A stretch of 64,000 nucleotides of DNA from an uncultured Bacillota bacterium. GTDB lineage: Bacteria; Bacillota; Clostridia; Christensenellales; UBA1242. How positions within the stretch are numbered: position 1 is the stretch's first letter; each line of letters opens with the position of its first letter. This document shows, piece by piece, positions 56,126 through 64,000 of this stretch. Both the position numbers and the translations under genes were made by a program. The DNA is taken from contig CAMRTM010000003.1 of NCBI GenBank assembly GCA_947053645.1, positions 16,232 through 80,231 on the forward strand, written 5' to 3'. The notes under the pieces were generated by a model, which saw nothing but the letters and a program-made list of their open reading frames with translations, ran no database searches and was not told the origin of the DNA.

Positions 56126-56558
56126 CGAAATAAAACTTATTGGGCGAACAAAGAATAATAATAATTTATTGAGAGTTGACCATAAGCGTTCAAATAATGA
56201 AAGTATAATTGAAGAAATTGCCGACAGCTTTATTCTAAAAAACAATGTTTATAGGTTGCCTGTTGATGTTGTTGAGATAGTGAAGAATAATGGATGGTTT
56301 TTACTTCCTTTCACGAAAGCTCCTAGTTTTATTTATAATAAATACTCAGATTTGTTGTATACAGATTGGGGATTTACACTTCAGTTAGATAATCAATATT
56401 ACATTTTTTATGACGACAAGATTAAACTGGAGATTCAGAGATTTACAATAGCACACGAAATTGGACATATTGTACTAAAACATTTTAAGGATGAGAATTT
56501 TTGTATTATAATATATGTGTATAAGGAAGAAAAAATAGATGAAATACATTTTGCTTGA
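56085..56558 (+). CDS. ImmA/IrrE-family metallopeptidase-like protein (probably C-terminally truncated)
   Basis: HEXXH motif in FTIAHEIGHIVLKH. The ORF stops about 30 aa later, right after ..EIHFA, where family members normally continue. Start uncertain (56085 or 56100). Confidence 0.55.
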   Translation: MRKKCMTMIKKTNNEIKLIGRTKNNNNLLRVDHKRSNNESIIEEIADSFILKNNVYRLPVDVVEIVKNNGWFLLPFTKAPSFIYNKYSDLLYTDWGFTLQLDNQYYIFYDDKIKLEIQRFTIAHEIGHIVLKHFKDENFCIIIYVYKEEKIDEIHFA

Positions 56559-56565
56559 CACATGA

Positions 56566-57606
56566 ATTTATGAGAACGAAGGTTTTAACTTTAACCAAGG
56601 ATATTTAAAGATAATAGAGACTCTGTGTAAAAATGGAGACTTGAAATTATTTAGCCACGCAATAATAGAGGGAGAGGTAAAGGCTCATATAATTGAAAAG
56701 GTTAATGAATTTAGGATAGGTGTAAAATCATTAAAAAAACTCTCATATATTTTCTATAATCAAGCAAGTTATAAAATACTAAAAAAGTTTAATGAAGAAT
56801 GGTACGATGAAAATTCTTTACTTGCGTACAAAAACTTTTTAGAATCTTCTAAGCCAATTATGTTGGGGAATAATGAAATAAGCCTTGATAAACTGGTAAA
56901 TGACTATTTAAAACGAGAACCACCATTTGGAATTGGGAAAAAGAAAAATGAATTTCCTGATGCGATTATCCTAAATGCATTATTAAAGTTTGAAAAAAAA
57001 GATCGGGATGAAATTTATATAATTTCTTCAGATAATGACTGGATTCATTTTTCAGAGAAATACAAAATTCCTTGTTATAACACCATATATGGTTTTATGA
57101 GTGAAGTAATGTCTGAAGCAGAACAAAATATGATATACACAGATGCTATAAAAACTTGGATAGCTAATGATAAAAATAAAAACCTCATCGAAGCAAGGCT
57201 TATGACGGAACTTGACACAATGATGGAGAAGCGTCATGATGATTATGATGAAATTGAACACGATTCTTTAATAAAAAATTTAGATGACTTTGAGTGCATT
57301 TGTTTCAATTTAGAAACCAAAGAGCTTAGTTTTCAAATGACTTTTGATTGCGACATAAAATATCTTTTATCATATGAAGATTACGACAATGCAATTTATG
57401 AACGTGAGTATGGTAAGTGGTATAACTTGGAGTATGTGACTGACAAGTATGAAGATTCGACTATTGGTGTGGCGGTTATTGGCTTAAAATTTGACATTAA
57501 AGGAGAACGTGTTATCATTAAAGACTTTGATGCAGTTGAAGTTCTTCAGTTGGAAGATGATGAATTTAAACATACGAGGATAAAGCCTAATTATTATTAT
57601 GATTGA
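56566..57606 (+). pseudogene. PIN-like (DUF4935-type) protein gene with damaged 5' end
   Basis: ..KNEFPDAIILNALLKF..IYIISSDNDW.. fits my recollection of DUF4935. The frame is open from 56566, but the only nearby ATG (56562) is out of frame by one nt at a T run. The track start is a TTG at 56641. Confidence 0.4.
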
Positions 57607-57610
57607 TAGA

Positions 57611-57700
57611 TTTCGCGAAATCAAATTTGATTTATTTTGATTTTTGTGAGAAATTATAAATAATCAAAAGTGTCGCATAATCAAAAAGAAGAAATCGAAA
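57611..57700 (+). repeat. Cluster of (A)ATCAAA(A)-type repeats (right island end)
   Basis: gAAATCAAAt, inverted tttGATTt / ttttGATTttt, tAATCAAAAg, tAATCAAAAAg, aAATCgAAAAA within 90 nt. Confidence 0.6.
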
Positions 57701-57810
57701 AAAGACTGCTTGTAATGTTGACACATAACATTAACTTATGCCTAACTTCGGTTCGGCTCAATTTTTACTTGTCGCACCAAATGGCAATGGCATGGCAGAA
57801 AATAAAAATA

Positions 57811-57840
57811 AAAGGAAGTGATGTTACTTCCTTTTATTTT
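57811..57840 (+). terminator. Intrinsic terminator at the right edge of the island
   Basis: aaaggaagt-gatgtt-acttccttt followed by tatttttg. Confidence 0.6.
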
Positions 57841-57873
57841 TGTTTTATGTTAAAATGAATGTAGGAGAAAATT

Positions 57874-58617
57874 ATGAACGGAATTTTATATTTCAGTTCC
57901 ACTGGAAACAGTTTGTATATTGCAAAGAAAGTGCAAGAGCGTTTTGACGGAAAAATAGTATATATTCCAAAATATGAAGGGGAAGGGAGTGAGTTTGAAA
58001 AACTTTTTATTGTTACGCCAATTTATTCCTATGGAATGCCTGCTCATGTCTATGACCTTTTGCCTAGACTTGATAAAAGCAAAGAGGTTATAATAATCCA
58101 AAACTATGGTGGGATGTCGGCTGGTGCGGATTATTTGATTTATCAATATGCAAAGAAACAGGGGCTTAATATTATAAGCGTATATAAATTGAAAATGCCA
58201 GAAAATTTCACTCTTACATTTACAGTGCCTAAATTTTATTTAAATAAAGCATTGAAAAGTGCAGACGCTCGTATAGACAAAATCCTTAATATGATTGAAG
58301 AAAAGAGATGTCTAATCCCTAAGAAACAAAAAACTAGAGAACAAAAATATTTAACAAATAAAAGCAACTGGCATTTAATAGGAAGGGATTTTAAAGCCAA
58401 TGAAAATTGCGTTAGATGTCAAAAGTGTATTTCCGTATGTCCGGTGGGAAACATATCACTTGTTGACGGAAAGATTGTTTTTGGTGACAAATGTGTGGCT
58501 TGTCTTGGCTGTTATCATAGATGTCCACAAAAAGCAATACAATACAAAAACAAAAAGAAGAAGTTTAGATATTTTAATCCAAACATTGATGAGAATGATA
58601 TTGGAAAAGATATCTAA
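57874..58617 (+). CDS. EFR1-family flavodoxin-like / 4Fe-4S ferredoxin protein
   Basis: N-terminal ILYFSSTGNSLYIAKKV. Two CxxCxxCxxxCP clusters (CVRCQKCISVCP, CVACLGCYHRCP). Confidence 0.7.
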   Translation: MNGILYFSSTGNSLYIAKKVQERFDGKIVYIPKYEGEGSEFEKLFIVTPIYSYGMPAHVYDLLPRLDKSKEVIIIQNYGGMSAGADYLIYQYAKKQGLNIISVYKLKMPENFTLTFTVPKFYLNKALKSADARIDKILNMIEEKRCLIPKKQKTREQKYLTNKSNWHLIGRDFKANENCVRCQKCISVCPVGNISLVDGKIVFGDKCVACLGCYHRCPQKAIQYKNKKKKFRYFNPNIDENDIGKDI

Positions 58618-58632
58618 ATCTAAGGAGGAAAA

Positions 58633-59364
58633 ATGAGTCTTCTTTGGAGTCCATGGCATGGTTGCCATAAATGTAGTGAGGGTTGTGCAAACTGTTATGT
58701 TTATTATCTAGATAAACAACGAGATAAAGACGCAAGCATTGTCACAAAGTCAAAGACTGGTTTCAACCTGCCACTTAAAAAAGATAGACAGGGAAATTAT
58801 AAACTACTCTCTGGTAGTGAGGTTGCCACCTGCTTTACCTCTGATTTCTTTTTGGAAGAAGCGGATGACTGGCGTGATGAGGCTTGGAGCATTATTAAAG
58901 CCAGACCCGATGTAAAGTTTTTAATTTGTACCAAGCGAGTAGAGCGAATAGAAAAGTGCTTGCCAAAAGACTGGGGCGAGGGGTATAGAAATGTGGCTAT
59001 TGCTGTGACATGCGAAAACCAAAAGCGTGCAGACGAGCGACTGCCTATATTTGCCAAAATTCCGGTAATTAAAAAATTTATTTTTGTAGCACCTATTTTA
59101 GAAAGGGTAAACTTGGAAGAATACCTAAAAAGCGGAAAGTATGATAGAGTGTGTGTTGGCGGAGAATCTTACTCCTATGCAAGAGAATGTAACTTTGACT
59201 GGGTAAAAGATATATATGGACAATGTAAAAAGTTTAATGTGGAATTTGATTTCCACCAAACAGGCTCCAACTTCGTGAAAGATGGAAAAAAGTATAGAAT
59301 AAAACATAAAGAAGAGTATTCACAAGCAAAAAAAGCAACGGAATTTTTAGAAAAAGCAAGATAA
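58633..59364 (+). CDS. DUF5131 (phage Gp37/Gp68-like) family protein
   Basis: WSPWHGCHKCSEGCANCY N-terminal motif typical of the family. Confidence 0.65.
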   Translation: MSLLWSPWHGCHKCSEGCANCYVYYLDKQRDKDASIVTKSKTGFNLPLKKDRQGNYKLLSGSEVATCFTSDFFLEEADDWRDEAWSIIKARPDVKFLICTKRVERIEKCLPKDWGEGYRNVAIAVTCENQKRADERLPIFAKIPVIKKFIFVAPILERVNLEEYLKSGKYDRVCVGGESYSYARECNFDWVKDIYGQCKKFNVEFDFHQTGSNFVKDGKKYRIKHKEEYSQAKKATEFLEKAR

Positions 59365-59566
59365 AAGCCTTCCAAATGGAGGTTTTTATTTTGATATTTA
59401 TTATTTTGTCATGATAAAAGTTTGCTTTGATACAAAATTTTGATATACTTAAGATATAATTTTATAGTTTAATATCAACTATAGGGGCAAAGAATAATTA
59501 ACCAGTGATATTTAGTATAAGTTATAAATCACAAACCAAGAAAATAAATTAGTTTATGGAGGAAAA

Positions 59567-60391
59567 ATGTTAAAAATATTTGTTGATTCTGGAAGTAGCA
59601 TTAAACAAGATGAAAAGGAAAAGTACCAAGTAGAATTGATACCTCTTATAGTAAATATAAGGGATGAAGAATATCTTGATGGCATCAATTTAGATTTGAA
59701 TGACTTTTATAAATTTCTGATAGAAGAAAAAGGCTTTCCAAAAACCTCACTACCAAACCTTGTAGAACTTGAAGAGCGTGTTAATAAATGTGTGGAGAAT
59801 GGAGATGATGTCATAATCCTTACTATTTCTTCTGGAATTTCTAGCACAAACTCTTCGATTAAGATTTTGTTTGAAGGCAATCCTAAAGTAAAAGTGATTG
59901 ATAGTAAAATGGCGGTAGGCGGAATGAGACTTATCGTAGACGAAATAAATAGGCATAGGGAAGAAAGCCTTGATGAAATAGAACAAAAGGTAAACAAACT
60001 AATTCCTCGAATAAAAATACTGGCCATTCCAGAAACTCTTGACTACTTACTTCGAGGTGGACGCCTTTCTAAAATGGAATGGATTCTTGGAAGCATTTTA
60101 AAAATAAAACCTATAATTGGCTTTAAGGACGGTAAAGTTTCGGTACACAGCAAAAAGATAGGCCTTGCAAATGGTATGAAATTTTTGGCTAATGCTCTAA
60201 GTGAATTAAATTACGATGATAGTTATAATATTGTAGCGTCATACACCTATAATAGGGCAAATCTTGATAAACTTATTTCAATGACTGATGAAAAATACAG
60301 AGATAATATGGTTTTTGATAACCTCGACCCAGCAATTGCAAGTCACTGGGGGCCAAACGCTTTTGGGTATGTTTTTGTAAGTAAAGAATAA
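59567..60391 (+). CDS. DegV family protein (second paralog)
   Basis: MLKIFVDSGSS.., ..TSLP.., ..LDYLLRGGRLS.. DegV motifs. Confidence 0.85.
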   Translation: MLKIFVDSGSSIKQDEKEKYQVELIPLIVNIRDEEYLDGINLDLNDFYKFLIEEKGFPKTSLPNLVELEERVNKCVENGDDVIILTISSGISSTNSSIKILFEGNPKVKVIDSKMAVGGMRLIVDEINRHREESLDEIEQKVNKLIPRIKILAIPETLDYLLRGGRLSKMEWILGSILKIKPIIGFKDGKVSVHSKKIGLANGMKFLANALSELNYDDSYNIVASYTYNRANLDKLISMTDEKYRDNMVFDNLDPAIASHWGPNAFGYVFVSKE

Positions 60392-60427
60392 AGGTATATA
60401 ATAAAGATAACTGGGGAAAATACCAGT

Positions 60428-60808
60428 ATGGCACTAGGTAGGGGGTTTAACTTATTTTGGCAAAGAGCCTTTGATTTTTCTGGAAGATCCTCTCGTAGGG
60501 AGTTTTGGTGGGGAGTTTTTGCCAATTCAATAATAATGGTTCTTCTACTAATACTCTTAGTGGTTAGTTTAACATGTTTACAAGAGGTGTTAAATCCATT
60601 TAGTATAACTATGATAATAGTCTTTTGCATTTTTTGTATTTTGGAACTTATTCCTTCAATTTCATTGATATTTAGAAGGATGCATGACATTGGAAAAAGC
60701 GGAGGATACATTTGGGTACTATTCATACCAGTTGTTGGTTTCATATGGTATTTGTATCTTGTTACCCGTCCAACCGATTATTATAAAAAGGATTATCATT
60801 TAAGATAA
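60428..60808 (+). CDS. DUF805 family membrane protein
   Basis: ..FSGRSSRREFWW.. and ..FRRMHDIGKSGGY.. signature motifs. Confidence 0.75.
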   Translation: MALGRGFNLFWQRAFDFSGRSSRREFWWGVFANSIIMVLLLILLVVSLTCLQEVLNPFSITMIIVFCIFCILELIPSISLIFRRMHDIGKSGGYIWVLFIPVVGFIWYLYLVTRPTDYYKKDYHLR

Positions 60809-62464
60809 TCCTTTTATCTTTCCATTTTTATCAATATCTATTTTTTCAGCAAGTGGCACTTGTGGAAGACCAGGCATAAGCATAATGTCGCCTGTGGTTG
60901 CTACAATAAAACCAGCACCGCCTTTTACCATGACATTTCTTACTTGAACTTTAAATCCTTGTGGACGCGCAAGAAGTGAAGGGTCGTCACTAAGTGAGTA
61001 TTGCGTTTTTGCAATGATGACAGGAAGTTTATCGAAGCCCTGTTTCTTAATATTCTTTATACTGGACAGTGATTCTTGTGAAAATTCAGCACATTTTCCA
61101 CCATATATATTTTTAACAATGTCGTTAATTTTTGTTTTGATGTCATCTTCAATGCTGTAAGAAAAACTTAACTTGCTTTTTTTCTTGCACTCGGAGATTA
61201 CAGCCTCAGCAAGAGCAATTGCGCCCTTGCCACCATTCGTATGCACGCTAGTTCGTACCACTGAAACATTAATTTCATTCAACATACTTTCAATCAATTT
61301 AATTTCATTTTCAGTATCGGTAGAAAATTTGTTAATTGCTACTACGACCGGCTTTTTATATACATTTTGAATGTTTTCAATATGCTTAATTAAATTTGGC
61401 ATACCATTAAATAGTGCCGTTACATCTTCAGTCGAAAGTTTAGATTTTTCTTTGCCACCATGGAATTTAAGCGCCTTAATAGTTGCAACAAGTACAATGC
61501 AGTCAGGTTCAATACCAGCAATTCGGCACTTTGTATCCAAAAATTTTTCACAGCCAAGGTCTGCACCAAAACCGGCCTCAGTTACAGTGTAATCAGCAAG
61601 CGTCATCGCAGTATAGGTGGCACGAATAGAGTTGCACCCATGTGCAATATTTGCAAAAGGCCCACCGTGTACGATAGCAGGGGTACCTTCCAAGGTTTGG
61701 ACAAGGTTTGGCTTTATTGCATCTTTAAGAAGCACAGTCATTGCGCCTTCTGCATTAAGTTCTCGTGCATAAATAAATTTACCCTTTTCATTTTCCCCAA
61801 TTATAATATTGCCAAGTCTTGTTTTAAGGTCTTGAAGGTCTTTTGATAGGCAAAGCACAGCCATAATTTCACTGCTTGCTGTAATGTTAAACTCCTCTTG
61901 TCTATTATAACTAACGCAGTTTTTCATACTTCCTGCCTCAGCGTTTAGAGTGATATCACGAAGAGCTCTGTCGTTCATGTCCAAACATCTATGGAATAAT
62001 ACATTTTTAATTTTTAGTTTGTTTCCACGGAAAATGTGGTTGTCAATCATCGCGCAAAGAAGGTTGTTGGCAGAGGTAATTGCATGTAAGTCGCCGGTAA
62101 AATGAAGGTTCATGTCAGCCATAGGCACCACCTGCGCATAACCACCGCCGGTGGCACCGCCTTTCACACCAAACACGGGGCCAAGAGAAGGCTCGCGCAA
62201 GGCAAGGCAGACTTTTTTGCCAAGCAGTGACATTGCATCGGCAAGGCCAATTGAAACTGTTGTTTTTCCCTCGCCAGCAGGGGTGGGGTTAATAGCGGTC
62301 ACCAAAATAAGTTTTGACTTTTTGGTATTAAATTTTTCAAGATTGATTTTGGCTTTGTAATTGCCATATAGTTCAAGATCAGCCTCTTTAAGGCCTATCT
62401 TTTCAGCGATTTTTCTAATATCTTTCAATTTGCACTTATCAGCAATTTCTATATCTGCCTGCAT
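60800..62464 (-). CDS. fhs: Formate--tetrahydrofolate ligase
   Basis: 554 aa. ..AINPTPAGEGKTT.., ..GGPFANIAHGCNS.. motifs. Confidence 0.95.
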   Translation of the reverse strand: MQADIEIADKCKLKDIRKIAEKIGLKEADLELYGNYKAKINLEKFNTKKSKLILVTAINPTPAGEGKTTVSIGLADAMSLLGKKVCLALREPSLGPVFGVKGGATGGGYAQVVPMADMNLHFTGDLHAITSANNLLCAMIDNHIFRGNKLKIKNVLFHRCLDMNDRALRDITLNAEAGSMKNCVSYNRQEEFNITASSEIMAVLCLSKDLQDLKTRLGNIIIGENEKGKFIYARELNAEGAMTVLLKDAIKPNLVQTLEGTPAIVHGGPFANIAHGCNSIRATYTAMTLADYTVTEAGFGADLGCEKFLDTKCRIAGIEPDCIVLVATIKALKFHGGKEKSKLSTEDVTALFNGMPNLIKHIENIQNVYKKPVVVAINKFSTDTENEIKLIESMLNEINVSVVRTSVHTNGGKGAIALAEAVISECKKKSKLSFSYSIEDDIKTKINDIVKNIYGGKCAEFSQESLSSIKNIKKQGFDKLPVIIAKTQYSLSDDPSLLARPQGFKVQVRNVMVKGGAGFIVATTGDIMLMPGLPQVPLAEKIDIDKNGKIKGLS

Positions 62465-62485
62465 ATCTTACCTCCAAGTATATTT

Positions 62486-63871
62486 TTAGCCTTGTATAGA
62501 TCCCACAGTTCTAGGGAAAAGTTGGACATCACGAATGTTAGAAATTCCAGTAAGATACATTACAAGTCTTTCAAAACCTAGGCCGTAGCCAGAATGAATG
62601 TTTGTGCCATAACGGCGGGTATCAAGATACCAAGAATAATCTTCTTCATTAAGTCCAAGTTCTTTCATACGGGAAAGAAGTTTGTCAAGACGCTCCTCTC
62701 TTTGACTTCCACCGCAAAGTTCGCCAATGCCCGGCACAAGCATATCTACTGCTGCTACAGTCTTTCCGTCATCGTTTTGCCTCATATAGAAGGCTTTAAT
62801 GTCTTTAGGATAGTTTTTAAGAAATACTGGTTTTTTATAAACTTCTTCAGTCAAATATCTTTCATGTTCACTTTGTAGGTCTGTGCCCCAAGATACTGGG
62901 AACACAAATCTGTCCTTTACCTTTTCAAGTTCTTTTATTGCGTCGGAATAGTCAAGACGAATAAAATTATTGCTAATAATATTGTTCAGTCTTTCAAGTA
63001 AACCAGCGTCTACAAACTTGTTTAAAAATTCAAGTTCAGAAGAGCACTCTTCCATTACATAACGAATTACATATTTTACCATTGCTTCTTCATTATCCAT
63101 CAGCCCTTCAAGGTCGCAGAAACACATCTCAGGCTCCATCATCCAAAACTCAGCGGCGTGGCGGGTAGTGTTGGAGTTTTCCGCACGGAAGGTTGGTCCA
63201 AAAGTATATGTCTTACCAAAAGCGTGTGTAATGGTTTCCTCGTGAAGTTGCCCTGACACGGTAAGGGACACCTTTCTTCCAAAGAAATCCTTGCTGTAAT
63301 CAACCTTTCCGTCTTTTGCAACACGGTCAAGGTCAAGAGTGGTCACCTCAAACATTTCTCCAGCACCTTCACAGTCGTTTGCTGTTATGATAGGTGTGTG
63401 AAGATATACAAAGTTTTGCTCATTAAAAAATTTGTGAATGGCAAAAGCGGCAACCGAGCGAATTCTAAACACTGCGTTAAAAAGATTTCCTCTCGCACGG
63501 ATTGTTGGAATACTGCGCAGAAACTCCACAGTGTGACGCTTCTTTTGTAGAGGGTAATCGCTGTCGCTTTCGCCAAGTATGGTTACAACGGTCGCGTTTA
63601 TTTCAAAAGGCTGTTGTGCAGAAGGGGTAAGAATAAGAGTGCCTTGCACCGCAAAGGAAGCCCCAACATTCTGTTTTACCACTTCGTCATAGTTTGCTAT
63701 CTTGTCTTTTTCCACAACAATTTGCACACTTTTAAAAGCCCCGTCGTTCAGTTCGATAAACGCGATGTTTTTGCTGTCACGCACTGTTCTTGCCCAGCCA
63801 CACACGGTAATTTCCTTGTCGGCATACTGCGTAAAGGTTTTGTGTAAATCTCTTATTTCTATTCTTTTCAT
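62486..63871 (-). CDS. asnS: Asparagine--tRNA ligase
   Basis: 461 aa class IIb aaRS: OB-fold N-terminus ..[22 protein letters not shown].., motif 2 [21 protein letters not shown], motif 3 [12 protein letters not shown]. Confidence 0.9.
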   Translation of the reverse strand: MKRIEIRDLHKTFTQYADKEITVCGWARTVRDSKNIAFIELNDGAFKSVQIVVEKDKIANYDEVVKQNVGASFAVQGTLILTPSAQQPFEINATVVTILGESDSDYPLQKKRHTVEFLRSIPTIRARGNLFNAVFRIRSVAAFAIHKFFNEQNFVYLHTPIITANDCEGAGEMFEVTTLDLDRVAKDGKVDYSKDFFGRKVSLTVSGQLHEETITHAFGKTYTFGPTFRAENSNTTRHAAEFWMMEPEMCFCDLEGLMDNEEAMVKYVIRYVMEECSSELEFLNKFVDAGLLERLNNIISNNFIRLDYSDAIKELEKVKDRFVFPVSWGTDLQSEHERYLTEEVYKKPVFLKNYPKDIKAFYMRQNDDGKTVAAVDMLVPGIGELCGGSQREERLDKLLSRMKELGLNEEDYSWYLDTRRYGTNIHSGYGLGFERLVMYLTGISNIRDVQLFPRTVGSIQG

Positions 63872-63883
63872 ATTTTACTCCTT

Positions 63884-64000
63884 TTATGGGTTCAGTCTGT
63901 CTGGGCCACGGAAGATATACATTGCCTCTTTCAAACTTGGAAGATTTAATAATAGCATTAAAAATCTGTCAAGTCCAAGTCCAAATCCACCATGTGGAGG
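63884..64000 (-). CDS. Class II aminoacyl-tRNA synthetase C-terminus (archaeal-type AspRS-like), 5' part outside the window
   Basis: Minus-strand frame reads PPHGGFGLGLDRFLMLLLNLPSLKEAMYIFRGPDRLNP*, i.e. motif 3 plus an Asp/Asn-type tail. Confidence 0.6.
   Translation of the reverse strand, partial: PPHGGFGLGLDRFLMLLLNLPSLKEAMYIFRGPDRLNP

Larger units (their letters stand above)
38122..57625. mobile_element. Integrase-less prophage-remnant/genomic island downstream of tRNA-Leu
   Basis: Bounded by TTTCGCAAAATCAAA (38122-38136) and TTTCGCGAAATCAAA (57611-57625), in direct orientation. Content is phage-type regulators, fiber-like genes and an rhs toxin array. Flanking genes are housekeeping. 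Confidence 0.5.

Noticed and set aside
57749-57779. Possible degenerate copy of the tRNA-Leu 3' end (cGGTTCggctc...tCGCACCA) as an attR remnant
   Set aside because: Only GGTTC and CGCACCA match the tRNA T-arm and acceptor end. The intervening sequence cannot pair with GCGGATA. The match is too weak to call, and the 14/15-nt repeat at 38122/57611 is a better boundary candidate.
57670-57858. 62-aa ORF in the island-to-backbone spacer
   Set aside because: It has no RBS, it spans the repeat cluster and a terminator hairpin, and it starts with a non-ATG codon.

Overview
Low-GC Firmicutes chromosome segment (Clostridia-like; spo0A, spoIIE and cwlD are present) that begins at the replication origin. 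The origin region reads rnpA-rpmH (minus), dut (plus), dnaN-dnaA (minus, DnaA boxes between them), recF (plus). So dnaA-dnaN is inverted relative to the usual rpmH | dnaA-dnaN-recF layout. The backbone carries a heterodimeric ABC exporter, two DegV paralogs, alr, a radical SAM protein, fhs, asnS and three tRNA loci. It also carries an SDR / SPT-like alpha-oxoamine synthase / flippase-HAD operon with a nearby lipid kinase. There are two accessory regions. (i) 28.4-32.7 kb holds a coiled-coil fiber-like protein and a 4-gene DUF4417 / HNH / small toxin-like / Zn-ribbon operon. (ii) A ~19.5-kb integrase-less island lies just downstream of tRNA-Leu(UAG) (about 38.1-57.6 kb), bounded by a 14/15-nt direct repeat and AATCAAAA repeat clusters. 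This island contains a decayed phage-type switch (XRE, ImmA-like, small sigma/late-activator-like protein). It also contains a 2022-aa signal-less RHS/YD-repeat toxin with a cognate membrane immunity gene, followed by three start-less orphan rhs-CT/immunity cassettes, each behind its own terminator. A convergent operon encodes a holin-like protein, an XkdV-like stub, five short tail-fiber-tip/tail-collar-like proteins and chaperone-like genes, with no other virion genes. Both operons are preceded by the same 62-bp leader built from phased 10-bp repeats. This suggests one phage-derived regulator drives both the toxin and the fiber array; I consider this the most interesting candidate system. 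All functional calls rest on reading motifs in the translations. No database search was possible.
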